A stretch of 64,000 nt of DNA from a virus. Within the stretch, counting starts at the first letter, position 1. Each line of letters begins with the position of its first letter. Below are positions 22,599 to 31,017 of this stretch, in pieces. The translations under genes and the position numbers were made by a program. The stretch spans positions 1 to 64,000 of the IMG/VR virus record IMGVR_UViG_3300037346_000419; one strand, given 5' to 3'. The notes beneath the pieces were generated by a model. The model worked only from the letters and a program-made list of their open reading frames with translations, was not told the DNA's origin and did not search any database.

Positions 22599-23530
22599 AA
22601 TTTTTTTATTTTAGCATATATTTCAGTCCAAGTTGGTAAACCCATAATACACTTATCATCAATATAAACATCTGCTGAAATTTTTCTACAATCTGCTCCA
22701 AACTTTTGAATAAGATGTGGCATATTACAATTTATATAATCATATTGTATGTCATTTTTATCTAAAAAAGCTATTGCAGCTCGTATTGTTGAAAATCTTT
22801 TCATATCATCTTTATAATTTTGAGTATTACAAGCTTTTACTGAAAGTATATCACCATTTAATGAAGAAATCCAATAATAATAATCTTCCTGATAAATTGA
22901 ATTTTGTCTTACAAGCATTTCTAAATAACCTTTCCAAGTTACATAACCTTGAGCATCAGTTCCTGTTATATTAAAGTAATCTGCAACTTCACTAAAGTGT
23001 TCTTCTTTTATATTACTTATTTTCTCTATAGCTTTTCCATCATATGTTCTAAATAAAAATTTATCTAATAACTTAATAGAATGACCATCATTATAAAACA
23101 TCATATGCTTTTGATTTTCAGCTTTACCAATATAAAAATTTCTTATATAATCACAATCCTTGATGATTTCACCAACAGTAAATACTACACCATCTGACAA
23201 TCTTTTTATAGAGTGAATATGATGGGAAAAATTTGAATTTAAATAATATTCTGCATTATATAGACCATCTCCTTTTCCATAAAAGCTCATTAATCCACTC
23301 ACAGGATTAAGTATATAATGACCATTATATCCATTTATTTCTATTATCTCATAATCTTTTTCAACAACTTTTTCCCAAAATTCTGGATTGTTTTCTACTA
23401 AATGAGAAGAAATTTCTGAAAACGTACCACTTCCATTAAAATTGTAAATATTTCTACCTTCTAAGAAATTTACTACAGTATTTAATTTAACACTTCCTGG
23501 ATATTTTTTAATTAATTTATATTTTTTCAT
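22586..23530 (-). CDS. Mosaic hypothetical protein carrying an in-frame vRNAP-derived segment and a HAD-like C-terminal fragment
   Basis: EKISNIKEEH...MLVRQN is identical to the vRNAP. C-terminal RKISADVYIDDK resembles HAD motifs III/IV. Confidence 0.6.
   Translation of the reverse strand: MKKYKLIKKYPGSVKLNTVVNFLEGRNIYNFNGSGTFSEISSHLVENNPEFWEKVVEKDYEIIEINGYNGHYILNPVSGLMSFYGKGDGLYNAEYYLNSNFSHHIHSIKRLSDGVVFTVGEIIKDCDYIRNFYIGKAENQKHMMFYNDGHSIKLLDKFLFRTYDGKAIEKISNIKEEHFSEVADYFNITGTDAQGYVTWKGYLEMLVRQNSIYQEDYYYWISSLNGDILSVKACNTQNYKDDMKRFSTIRAAIAFLDKNDIQYDYINCNMPHLIQKFGADCRKISADVYIDDKCIMGLPTWTEIYAKIKKLCEN
22900..23028 (-). repeat. 129-bp repeat, copy 2 (inverted)
   Basis: Exact reverse complement of 5405-5533, no mismatches. 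Confidence 0.97.
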
Positions 23531-23708
23531 ATTTTATTTTTTCTAATTTAAATTCATATTTATCTCCAACTTTAGTTTCAATTATACCTGTCTTAAAGTC
23601 TATATTTTTTATTTCTTTATATATTTCACTATGAGGTATTTTTAATTTTTCACAAACTGCTTTTCTAAACATACTTCCTGCAATTCCATTTAATTTATAT
23701 GCGTTCAT
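23517..23708 (-). CDS. Hypothetical protein
   Basis: 63-aa ORF overlapping both neighbours. Confidence 0.5.
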   Translation of the reverse strand: MNAYKLNGIAGSMFRKAVCEKLKIPHSEIYKEIKNIDFKTGIIETKVGDKYEFKLEKIKYEKI

Positions 23709-24541
23709 ATTATTTTTTCTTTAATTAAAATTTCTTTTACTTTTTCGATTAACTTTTCAATAGTACCATTATTATCAATTACATAATCAAACTCTGCATT
23801 ATCTAAGCTTGCTTCGGATTTATGTTCATTAGACATTTCCACCATAGTTTTAGTACCTCTATTAACTCTAATAGTAATTCCATTTTCATCTTTAATAGCT
23901 TTTAACTCATTTGGGAAGCGCATATCAGTAATTATCCAATTAGGATAAATATCAATTATATCATTTTCATGAGGTTCATAATTTTCATTTACATTTTCTC
24001 CTGCTAGTTTGTGTTTTATATTTAAAAAAGATTTATACTCACTCATTAAAGCATTAACCCAAATATTTGGATGTATAATTTGTCTTCCACATTCAGTGCC
24101 TAATAATTGAAGTAAAAGTCTAGGTGTAAGTTTAACTATATACCATTTTAAATTATTAGCAATGTTTTTGTTGCCTCCTAAGTAAGGAACTAATACATTA
24201 TCTTCATTATAAAATAAAGTTTTAGTATAATACCACCATTCTTCTCCTAATTCTTTCTCTTTAAATTCTCTATCTTCTAGTTGTTCTCTAGTACAATTAA
24301 GTAATAAACAAACTATATCTTTTAATTTATCAGCAAATTTTTTATTTTCCCAATTTGTTTCTTCTGGAAAATTTAAAGGTTCATTAGATTGTAAAAAATC
24401 TACACAATCTTTTATTGTAGTGGGTTTTCCAAAAGGTGTATTTCCTATATAAGCTTGACCCTCTTGGTCAATTAACCACTGTATTATCTTTCCAACTGTA
24501 TCTTTTCCTGAACCTAGTTTCCCTGAAATTCCAATTATCAT
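23705..24541 (-). CDS. Deoxynucleoside monophosphate kinase
   Basis: IIGISGKLGSGKDT, FADKLK, PRLLLQLLGTECGR, ITDMRFPNE, HKSE and IDNNGT. Confidence 0.88.
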   Translation of the reverse strand: MIIGISGKLGSGKDTVGKIIQWLIDQEGQAYIGNTPFGKPTTIKDCVDFLQSNEPLNFPEETNWENKKFADKLKDIVCLLLNCTREQLEDREFKEKELGEEWWYYTKTLFYNEDNVLVPYLGGNKNIANNLKWYIVKLTPRLLLQLLGTECGRQIIHPNIWVNALMSEYKSFLNIKHKLAGENVNENYEPHENDIIDIYPNWIITDMRFPNELKAIKDENGITIRVNRGTKTMVEMSNEHKSEASLDNAEFDYVIDNNGTIEKLIEKVKEILIKEKII

Positions 24542-25158
24542 GTTATATCTCTCCCTCTATTAAAATATTTTTTATCACTTTCTGGCCAATTAAATATTTC
24601 TTCTACATTTACTAGAGGTAAATCTAATTCAATATCATCAAAATCTTCAACAGTCATTAATGTTCCAAAAGTTTCATTTATAGTATTAATATATTTTTGT
24701 TTATAATCTGAATTTTTTAAAAGAACATTTCTTTCTTTATCTTTAGAAACTGAAAATAATAATTTTAACTCTTCAGAATTATACATCTCACTATATTTTC
24801 CTTTTATAAAACTATCATAAGCTTTATGAAATCTTTCAGGAATTTCTATTACTAACATGTGTCTATTTGAATTAATAAAATCAGCTTCATAACTATAATC
24901 TGTTACATAAGATGGATGTTTTCTTAAATTCACTAAAGCTGTATTTGTTATTTCAGGTTTGTAATTTTTATTAAACATTACAATAATATTTTTACCTTGA
25001 TTTAAATTTGAACCATTTAGAGTAATATCATGAATACCAACTGCCATTTTCCAAAATATATTAAAATTTAACACAAAATCATCACCATAACCTCTCAAAC
25101 TTGGCATTAAATATTTATAAGTTTTATTTATATATGTGCCATTATCTAATAATTCCAT
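24538..25158 (-). CDS. Hypothetical phage protein
   Basis: 206-aa ORF translationally coupled to the kinase gene. Confidence 0.6.
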   Translation of the reverse strand: MELLDNGTYINKTYKYLMPSLRGYGDDFVLNFNIFWKMAVGIHDITLNGSNLNQGKNIIVMFNKNYKPEITNTALVNLRKHPSYVTDYSYEADFINSNRHMLVIEIPERFHKAYDSFIKGKYSEMYNSEELKLLFSVSKDKERNVLLKNSDYKQKYINTINETFGTLMTVEDFDDIELDLPLVNVEEIFNWPESDKKYFNRGRDIT

Positions 25159-25161
25159 ATT

Positions 25162-25989
25162 TTATATATTCATACATATTTCATAGGTTAAAGAATTATA
25201 ATAAACTTCAGACTTCTCTGTTCTTGATTTCAAAAATATAATATCTTCTGGCATATTATTTTCTAATTTGTAAGTTTTAATTCTTTGTTGAAGTGTTAGG
25301 TTTTTAATTGCTTCTTCTGAAGTGTAAAAAGCTTCTAACTCATAAGCACTTAAATTTCTAGTAGCTAATTCTAGTAATTCAGGAGGAGTTGGCATTAACA
25401 CATAATCTAAAAAAGCATCTAAAGCATCATATAAATGACAATAAGATATTAATTGCCATTTGTAAACACTATCAATTCCTGTTTTGTTCTTAAAACTTTT
25501 CCAAGTTTCAGGAACTTTACAATCCCTAATTATATCATGATACTTAATATCACACTCACCAGTTAAAAAACCTTTTGAAATTCTTTCAGTATTTTTAATA
25601 TATTCAGTATTATTTAATTGACTTATTATAGATATTGCTCCATCTTCACAATATCTGCCTTTCTGTAAACTAAAAGTACCTTCTAATAAACTTGCATCAA
25701 AGAATTTATAATTATTTTCTAACCACAGTTCTTGTAAGTAAGTTTTTGCCCCATCTGGTAAAGGGTCTTCTACACTATTTGTATAATCTTTTTGTAATTT
25801 AATAACATCTCTAGCAACTAACATTATACCATTAGTTTCAGAATAATCAATTAATTTATCTGGATTATAATCAGTTTTTAATTTTTCTTGGACTTTATTT
25901 TTCAATATATCCGTAGCTTTCTCTAATTCCATTTTATCAAAAAATGGCCTATTAGTACAAACTCTATGTGAACTTGAAGCTCTAATCAT
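25162..25989 (-). CDS. YqaJ/lambda-exonuclease-like PD-(D/E)xK nuclease
   Basis: KGxxxE, LTGECDI, RDCK and YKWQLISY. Confidence 0.75.
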   Translation of the reverse strand: MIRASSSHRVCTNRPFFDKMELEKATDILKNKVQEKLKTDYNPDKLIDYSETNGIMLVARDVIKLQKDYTNSVEDPLPDGAKTYLQELWLENNYKFFDASLLEGTFSLQKGRYCEDGAISIISQLNNTEYIKNTERISKGFLTGECDIKYHDIIRDCKVPETWKSFKNKTGIDSVYKWQLISYCHLYDALDAFLDYVLMPTPPELLELATRNLSAYELEAFYTSEEAIKNLTLQQRIKTYKLENNMPEDIIFLKSRTEKSEVYYNSLTYEICMNI

Positions 25990-26377
25990 TTTTGTTTTTT
26001 ATATCTAAGATTTTTTTAAAATCTTCAAAACTCATATACACTAAATCATCTAACTCTTGTCTTTTATTGCCTTGACCTACTGTTTTTCTATGAATTACTA
26101 TTGTAGGTAATTCGTGTTCTATTTTTGTAGGTGGCATAAGTTCTTTTATTTGATTTTTTGTGTATTCTATAACATTTTTAATATTTAAACCTCTGTCATA
26201 CCCCACTTTTACTTGAACATTAAATGGTAAATTTGTTAAATCTATACCACAATTGTCATGTAATCTGCTTTCTAACCTAGAAGTTTGACAGAAAATGTAG
26301 CCAAGTTCTCTAAATAACTTGGCATACAATCTTTCTCCATTACTTCCTTTTCTTTTATTTGTTTTTCCTTGTCCCAT
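25982..26377 (-). CDS. Hjc-like Holliday junction resolvase / PD-(D/E)xK nuclease
   Basis: KRKGSNGER...LGY...GIDL...VQVK. Confidence 0.7.
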   Translation of the reverse strand: MGQGKTNKRKGSNGERLYAKLFRELGYIFCQTSRLESRLHDNCGIDLTNLPFNVQVKVGYDRGLNIKNVIEYTKNQIKELMPPTKIEHELPTIVIHRKTVGQGNKRQELDDLVYMSFEDFKKILDIKNKND

Positions 26378-26380
26378 GTT

Positions 26381-27274
26381 TTAAAAAGGTAAATCTATTG
26401 GATTAATACTATTAGTACTGCTAGAATCAATAGGGTCAATTCCAGCTATATATGCTGGATGAGGTAGATTTATATTATTAATATCATCAGAAAGATTATT
26501 AGATATTATATCTGAATTAAAAAAGCTATTTATTGCATCACTATTTAAATTCATTTGAAATAACGCTTTTTTAATTTCTTTAAGTTTACTTCTTTCTGTG
26601 TCTCGAAATGACAAAACAACTAAATTTTCTTCTTTACAAAAATCAGATAATATATCATTTTCAACTATATTGTTTAATTCTGTTATACTATTAAAATTTT
26701 CTTCAAAACCTTTTGAAAACAACTCTTCATCTATACTTTTTGTACTTTTAAATTGTACTGAAATACCTTTTTCATAACAACTATTTATTAAGTCTTTTTC
26801 TACTTTTTTATAAAAACTTTTATATATAGGATTTAATAAAAACTCAGTTGCTACAAGTAATTTAAAATATTTATATATGGGGACATCATTATCAAAAATT
26901 TGGTTTCTTTCATAATTTTTACAACACAAAATTAATAAGATGTTTTCTTTATCATCTAAAATAGAATAGTGACCTGAAGAAATTTCAACATCTTTCCCTT
27001 GAACTTTAAATCCATATTTTCGTATTCTATCTTTATATTTAAAGTTTTTTAAAAATTCACTATAAGTTTTTGTTTTATAAAATCTAATACTTAAATGTTT
27101 ATAATAAAATTTAATATCAGTTAAAACAGGAAGAAAAACTGAGATGTTAAAAGGGCTTATATACATAGTATCATCACAAATTGTATAATAAGGCATATAT
27201 TCTCCCAAACTTTTCACTCCTATTTTTAAAATATCAGGGTGTGCTTGAGCATCATAAATTTTGTCTATAATCAT
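26381..27274 (-). CDS. Hypothetical protein coupled to the E1-like gene
   Basis: 297 aa, 4-nt ATGA overlap with the ThiF gene, no recognisable motif. Confidence 0.6.
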   Translation of the reverse strand: MIIDKIYDAQAHPDILKIGVKSLGEYMPYYTICDDTMYISPFNISVFLPVLTDIKFYYKHLSIRFYKTKTYSEFLKNFKYKDRIRKYGFKVQGKDVEISSGHYSILDDKENILLILCCKNYERNQIFDNDVPIYKYFKLLVATEFLLNPIYKSFYKKVEKDLINSCYEKGISVQFKSTKSIDEELFSKGFEENFNSITELNNIVENDILSDFCKEENLVVLSFRDTERSKLKEIKKALFQMNLNSDAINSFFNSDIISNNLSDDINNINLPHPAYIAGIDPIDSSSTNSINPIDLPF

Positions 27275-27957
27275 GATATAACATTTGTATATGTGACTGG
27301 AATAAAAAACTCATAAAAAAATGGTATATCCCTAACTTTTTCTCTTTCATGAATATTTGTTAAATGATTTGTAAAAAAAGCTGTCATTAAAGAACCTATC
27401 ATTGCTGCACAATGACTTGTCTGTTTTAATGTGCATGGTGCATCTTCTACTTCATCATCATCAAAAAGATATTTTTCATACTCTTCAATTTTATCTGGAG
27501 TCACACAAAATATTTGTAATTGTTCTAATTCCAATCTACCATCTATGAAAATAGGAGTTACAGGACAATTAGGAATACTTTTTTTCCAAACTTCAAACAT
27601 ATCTTTTCTAGCTTTCATATTATCAAAAGCAGAAAACATAAAATAATGTGTAGGAGAATTTCTATCAATTTTTTCATTAAAAATATGAGGTGTTTTACCA
27701 CAAAATTCATAAATAATATTACTAATAGCATTTACTTTTGGTATGCCTAAATCTTTTACTTTAAACATTTGACCTCCCATATTATGTTCTTCTATTAAAT
27801 CATCATCATAAATAACACAATTATTTCCTATTCTACTAAGAAAAAAACTTAACCATGTGCCAATACCTCCTGCACCCCCTATCATTACTGTTTCAGGATT
27901 TTCAGAAAACCATAAAGCATCTTTAAATCTATTATACTGCGCTTCCATATTCTTCAA
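27271..27957 (-). CDS. E1/ThiF-family adenylyltransferase
   Basis: GAGGIG, DDDLIEEHNMGGQ, K...AFDNMKAR, IDGR and candidate catalytic Cys in DAPCTLKQT. No Zn-binding CxxC pairs. Confidence 0.9.
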   Translation of the reverse strand: MKNMEAQYNRFKDALWFSENPETVMIGGAGGIGTWLSFFLSRIGNNCVIYDDDLIEEHNMGGQMFKVKDLGIPKVNAISNIIYEFCGKTPHIFNEKIDRNSPTHYFMFSAFDNMKARKDMFEVWKKSIPNCPVTPIFIDGRLELEQLQIFCVTPDKIEEYEKYLFDDDEVEDAPCTLKQTSHCAAMIGSLMTAFFTNHLTNIHEREKVRDIPFFYEFFIPVTYTNVIS

Positions 27958-29182
27958 ATTTTTGTAAGAAAAACTTTATTGCTAATTTTATTTTACTAAC
28001 AACTTTATATTCTATTTCTAACTCTTCAAGTTCTTCAACTATACGATTTGTAATGTAAATAAAATTTTCATCGTCTTCTTCTTCTGTAAACATATTTTTA
28101 TATAAAGGTACAAAATTCTCTAATATTTGTCTACAAATTTCTTCTATTTTTACTGCTCCAATTGTCACATTTAATTCTAAATCTTCTAAAACATCATCAA
28201 TAGTTTTTGTATCATCTTCTTTAGTATTAGTATAATTTAATAAAGCATAAATAAAATCTTGTATTAAATCTAATTCATCTTCTTCTAAAAAAGTATCATT
28301 ATCAATTTCTTCAAAATCTATGTCATCAACAAATTCTTGAAATAAATCAATTTGTTTTTTATTTGTAGTGACAACTTTTGTTAAAGGACTATTAGGAATT
28401 ATAGGATTATTTGGGATAATGTTTGCAAAACCTTTAATAGGATTTCTATTTTGAGGAGGAAAAGTTTGAACATAAATAGGTTTTTCAGCTTTCTTTATAA
28501 TAGCTTCTACTCCTTCTTTAAATTCTTGATTAACTATTATTTCTTCTTGTTCAGATATAATGTCACAATTATAAATAAATAATTTTTCTTTTTTAAATTT
28601 TAAATCTTCTTTAGATATTGTATATTTTTTACCATTTTCATCTAAAGAAATATATGGTGTTTTTGTAATATCTTTTTGTATAGCTCCTCTAAAAGCAACT
28701 TTAGCTTCAAAATCCATATAGTTATTTACTATTAAAGAAAGATAAAAATTGTGAGAATCTGAATTATCATTTAATTCACTCATATCTGTTCCAGAGAAAA
28801 AAACATTCATTGTATTGTGGCTATGTATATGCCCAATTTTCCAATTCATTCTTTCTTCATCTTTCATCATATAATCTACAAATCTATTATCAAATTCGTA
28901 TTCTGTAAAAGCTTGTGTGCCTTTATCCATTGGTAAAATATCTCTTATAATAAGAAGCATATTTTCGGGTTTTCTTATAGAGCCTATTATTTCATAAAAT
29001 AATATTCCTGACCACTCTACCTTTGCTATTTTTTTACACAGGTACTTGATTTTGAATAATATTTCTTTGGATATTTCTAATTTTATTCTCTTTTCTAATT
29101 GCTCTATTGACAACGACTTGTTTATATAAATGTTGTTCGAGGGCATTACTTGCGGATTTTGTGTATTTTGGTAATAATTCAT
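27932..29182 (-). CDS. JAB/JAMM (MPN+) metalloprotease with acidic C-terminal region
   Basis: EWSG...GHIHSHNTMNVFFSGTD matches E-xn-HSH-x7-S-x2-D. Confidence 0.9.
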   Translation of the reverse strand: MNYYQNTQNPQVMPSNNIYINKSLSIEQLEKRIKLEISKEILFKIKYLCKKIAKVEWSGILFYEIIGSIRKPENMLLIIRDILPMDKGTQAFTEYEFDNRFVDYMMKDEERMNWKIGHIHSHNTMNVFFSGTDMSELNDNSDSHNFYLSLIVNNYMDFEAKVAFRGAIQKDITKTPYISLDENGKKYTISKEDLKFKKEKLFIYNCDIISEQEEIIVNQEFKEGVEAIIKKAEKPIYVQTFPPQNRNPIKGFANIIPNNPIIPNSPLTKVVTTNKKQIDLFQEFVDDIDFEEIDNDTFLEEDELDLIQDFIYALLNYTNTKEDDTKTIDDVLEDLELNVTIGAVKIEEICRQILENFVPLYKNMFTEEEDDENFIYITNRIVEELEELEIEYKVVSKIKLAIKFFLQKFEEYGSAV

Positions 29183-30275
29183 ATTTTACTTTTATTTCTT
29201 CTTTTGTTTCTTGTTTTTTTTCATAAACTTTAAAATCTATAATTTTACTTCTAAAAATTATAGAAGGAATTAAATTTTGATTTTTCAAATCTTTATTTAT
29301 TTCTTTTACGTTTTCTTTATAATCATCTTTATTAAATTGATAGTATATATCTTCTATTTTTGTTACAATAAGATTTTTTATATTGTCATAATCAAACTTT
29401 TTAATTATATTTATTATTGTGTTTTTAAAATTATCATTTATTATAAATTTAAGACTTCTATTTTGTACTATAACACGTAAATTTTTTATATCATTCTCAT
29501 TTATATTTTTAATTAATTGAATATTTACTATATTAAACATATTTTTAGCATCAGTTCTATCTATTGATATACTACTACTTTCTGCATTTGTTATAACATC
29601 TCTCATTTTTATATGGGGGCCACCTTCTAAGGATTCCCAAGATAAATAGTTATCTAAAGTAATAATAAATAATTCAAATGCTTCAGGAGTACATTCATTT
29701 CTATTTATAGATATTATATCAGAAATTTCACTTTCTCCATAACAAAAACTTGAACTATAAAAATTTTTATTATATTTATAACTCATTGTATTAGTATGAG
29801 AGTGTCTATAAGCATTGTGAAATTCTTGTTTATTAACTGATAATCTAATACCTTTAAAATCTTTAAAAAAGATGGATGAAGTAAATTTATGTATAGGTAA
29901 AACTATTAATAAATCTTTTATAAGATGTTCTTCTTCTACACTATTTTTAATTGTGATAGAAGGATATAATATAAAAATATTTATTTGTATAGAATTTATT
30001 AAAGTATTATCTTGCTTATTAGAAAAATTATCTATAATACTTAAATTAATATCCCAATTATCTTTATGATGTGCATTTAAAATTGGAGTAATTAAATTTA
30101 TAAAATTAGAAAATCTTATTTTATTTCTAACCCCTATACCACATACATAATCTTTTTGTATTAAAGTTTTTAAAAAATTTATGTCTCTTGATTTTCCTGA
30201 TTTGTTCCAATTATTGCATAATTTAATAATTGTATTTTCATAAGTAGTTCCTATTGTGTTTATATTTAACTGCAT
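29034..30275 (-). CDS. Putative E2 (UBC-fold)-like conjugating enzyme
   Basis: YRHSH...SFCYG (His then Cys, resembling the E2 HPN...C site), followed by helix FELFIITLDNYLSWES. Lies between the Ubl-like and JAB genes. Confidence 0.6.
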   Translation of the reverse strand: MQLNINTIGTTYENTIIKLCNNWNKSGKSRDINFLKTLIQKDYVCGIGVRNKIRFSNFINLITPILNAHHKDNWDINLSIIDNFSNKQDNTLINSIQINIFILYPSITIKNSVEEEHLIKDLLIVLPIHKFTSSIFFKDFKGIRLSVNKQEFHNAYRHSHTNTMSYKYNKNFYSSSFCYGESEISDIISINRNECTPEAFELFIITLDNYLSWESLEGGPHIKMRDVITNAESSSISIDRTDAKNMFNIVNIQLIKNINENDIKNLRVIVQNRSLKFIINDNFKNTIINIIKKFDYDNIKNLIVTKIEDIYYQFNKDDYKENVKEINKDLKNQNLIPSIIFRSKIIDFKVYEKKQETKEEIKVKYELLPKYTKSASNALEQHLYKQVVVNRAIRKENKIRNIQRNIIQNQVPV

Positions 30276-30285
30276 AATTTTTTAA

Positions 30286-30303
30286 AGGGGTGTTTCCACC
30301 CCT
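30286..30303 (-). terminator. Stem-loop between Ubl-like and E2-like genes (weak terminator or mRNA stabiliser)
   Basis: AGGGGTG-GAAA-CACCCCT on the - strand followed by a short U run. Confidence 0.55.
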
Positions 30304-30318
30304 ATCTAATTTGTTTTT

Positions 30319-30978
30319 TTAAAAACCTTTATTAATTTCTGCTAATTCTCTAGTTAATCTTTCAGTTTCTTCTCTGTCATCAATAGCTGCTTGGGCTGAC
30401 TCAGAATTACTATAAGTTTCAATTAAATTTAACACTCTGTTATATTTTCTTGAATCTACTAAGTCTTCCCAAGCTGTTGTCAAATCATTTTTATCAATTA
30501 CTAAAACAACTTCTGCTAGATTATTCTCAACAGAAAGAATAGCTAAAGAAGATTGAGAAGGACTAATTTGTTCTGAAACTGCTTCTGGCTCTGGAGTTTG
30601 AGTTAAATTGTTAAAATAGTTTTTTAAATCTAAAGTTGAACATTGTGTCCAACTAACTTTACAGTTGAATTTAGCCACTCCAATTTTATCAGCAGGACTT
30701 AGTTGATTTCTTAAATCATTATAATTCATATTGTTATAATCTACTCCAGATTTAGTTTTAATAGGACTGATAAACAAAGTAAAAGCTGTAGTAGGCAATA
30801 TTGCTATACTACTTTCTAAACTTGTTCTATTTACACTTTCTAAAGCTTTGAATTGATTCATATCAAATCCTTTATTTTCTACAACACTTTTCAATTCACC
30901 CCAAGTTGTTGCTGATGATTGAATTTTAATTTTTTCACCTTTTGTGGTGAATATGGTGATTTCTCTTTCGTTACTCAT
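30319..30978 (-). CDS. Putative ubiquitin-like (beta-grasp) precursor protein
   Basis: Residues 1-78 show a beta-beta-alpha-beta...beta pattern (EITIFT / KIKIQS / TWGELKSVVE / FKALE / FTLFIS) ending KTKSG78, followed by a ~140-aa extension. Confidence 0.6.
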   Translation of the reverse strand: MSNEREITIFTTKGEKIKIQSSATTWGELKSVVENKGFDMNQFKALESVNRTSLESSIAILPTTAFTLFISPIKTKSGVDYNNMNYNDLRNQLSPADKIGVAKFNCKVSWTQCSTLDLKNYFNNLTQTPEPEAVSEQISPSQSSLAILSVENNLAEVVLVIDKNDLTTAWEDLVDSRKYNRVLNLIETYSNSESAQAAIDDREETERLTRELAEINKGF

Positions 30979-31017
30979 TTTATTTTTTATTTATTTTTTA
31001 TTTATTTTTATTACTCT

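Noticed and set aside
5405-23028. 129-bp repeat pair as the template and variable repeats of a diversity-generating retroelement
   Set aside because: The copies are fully identical with no adenine-specific mismatches, and no reverse transcriptase is visible in the window.
27271-27957. ThiF/MoeB as an auxiliary gene for thiamine or molybdopterin synthesis
   Set aside because: No thiG, thiS, moaD or moaE context, no Zn-binding CxxC pairs, and its neighbours are JAB, E2-like and Ubl-like genes.
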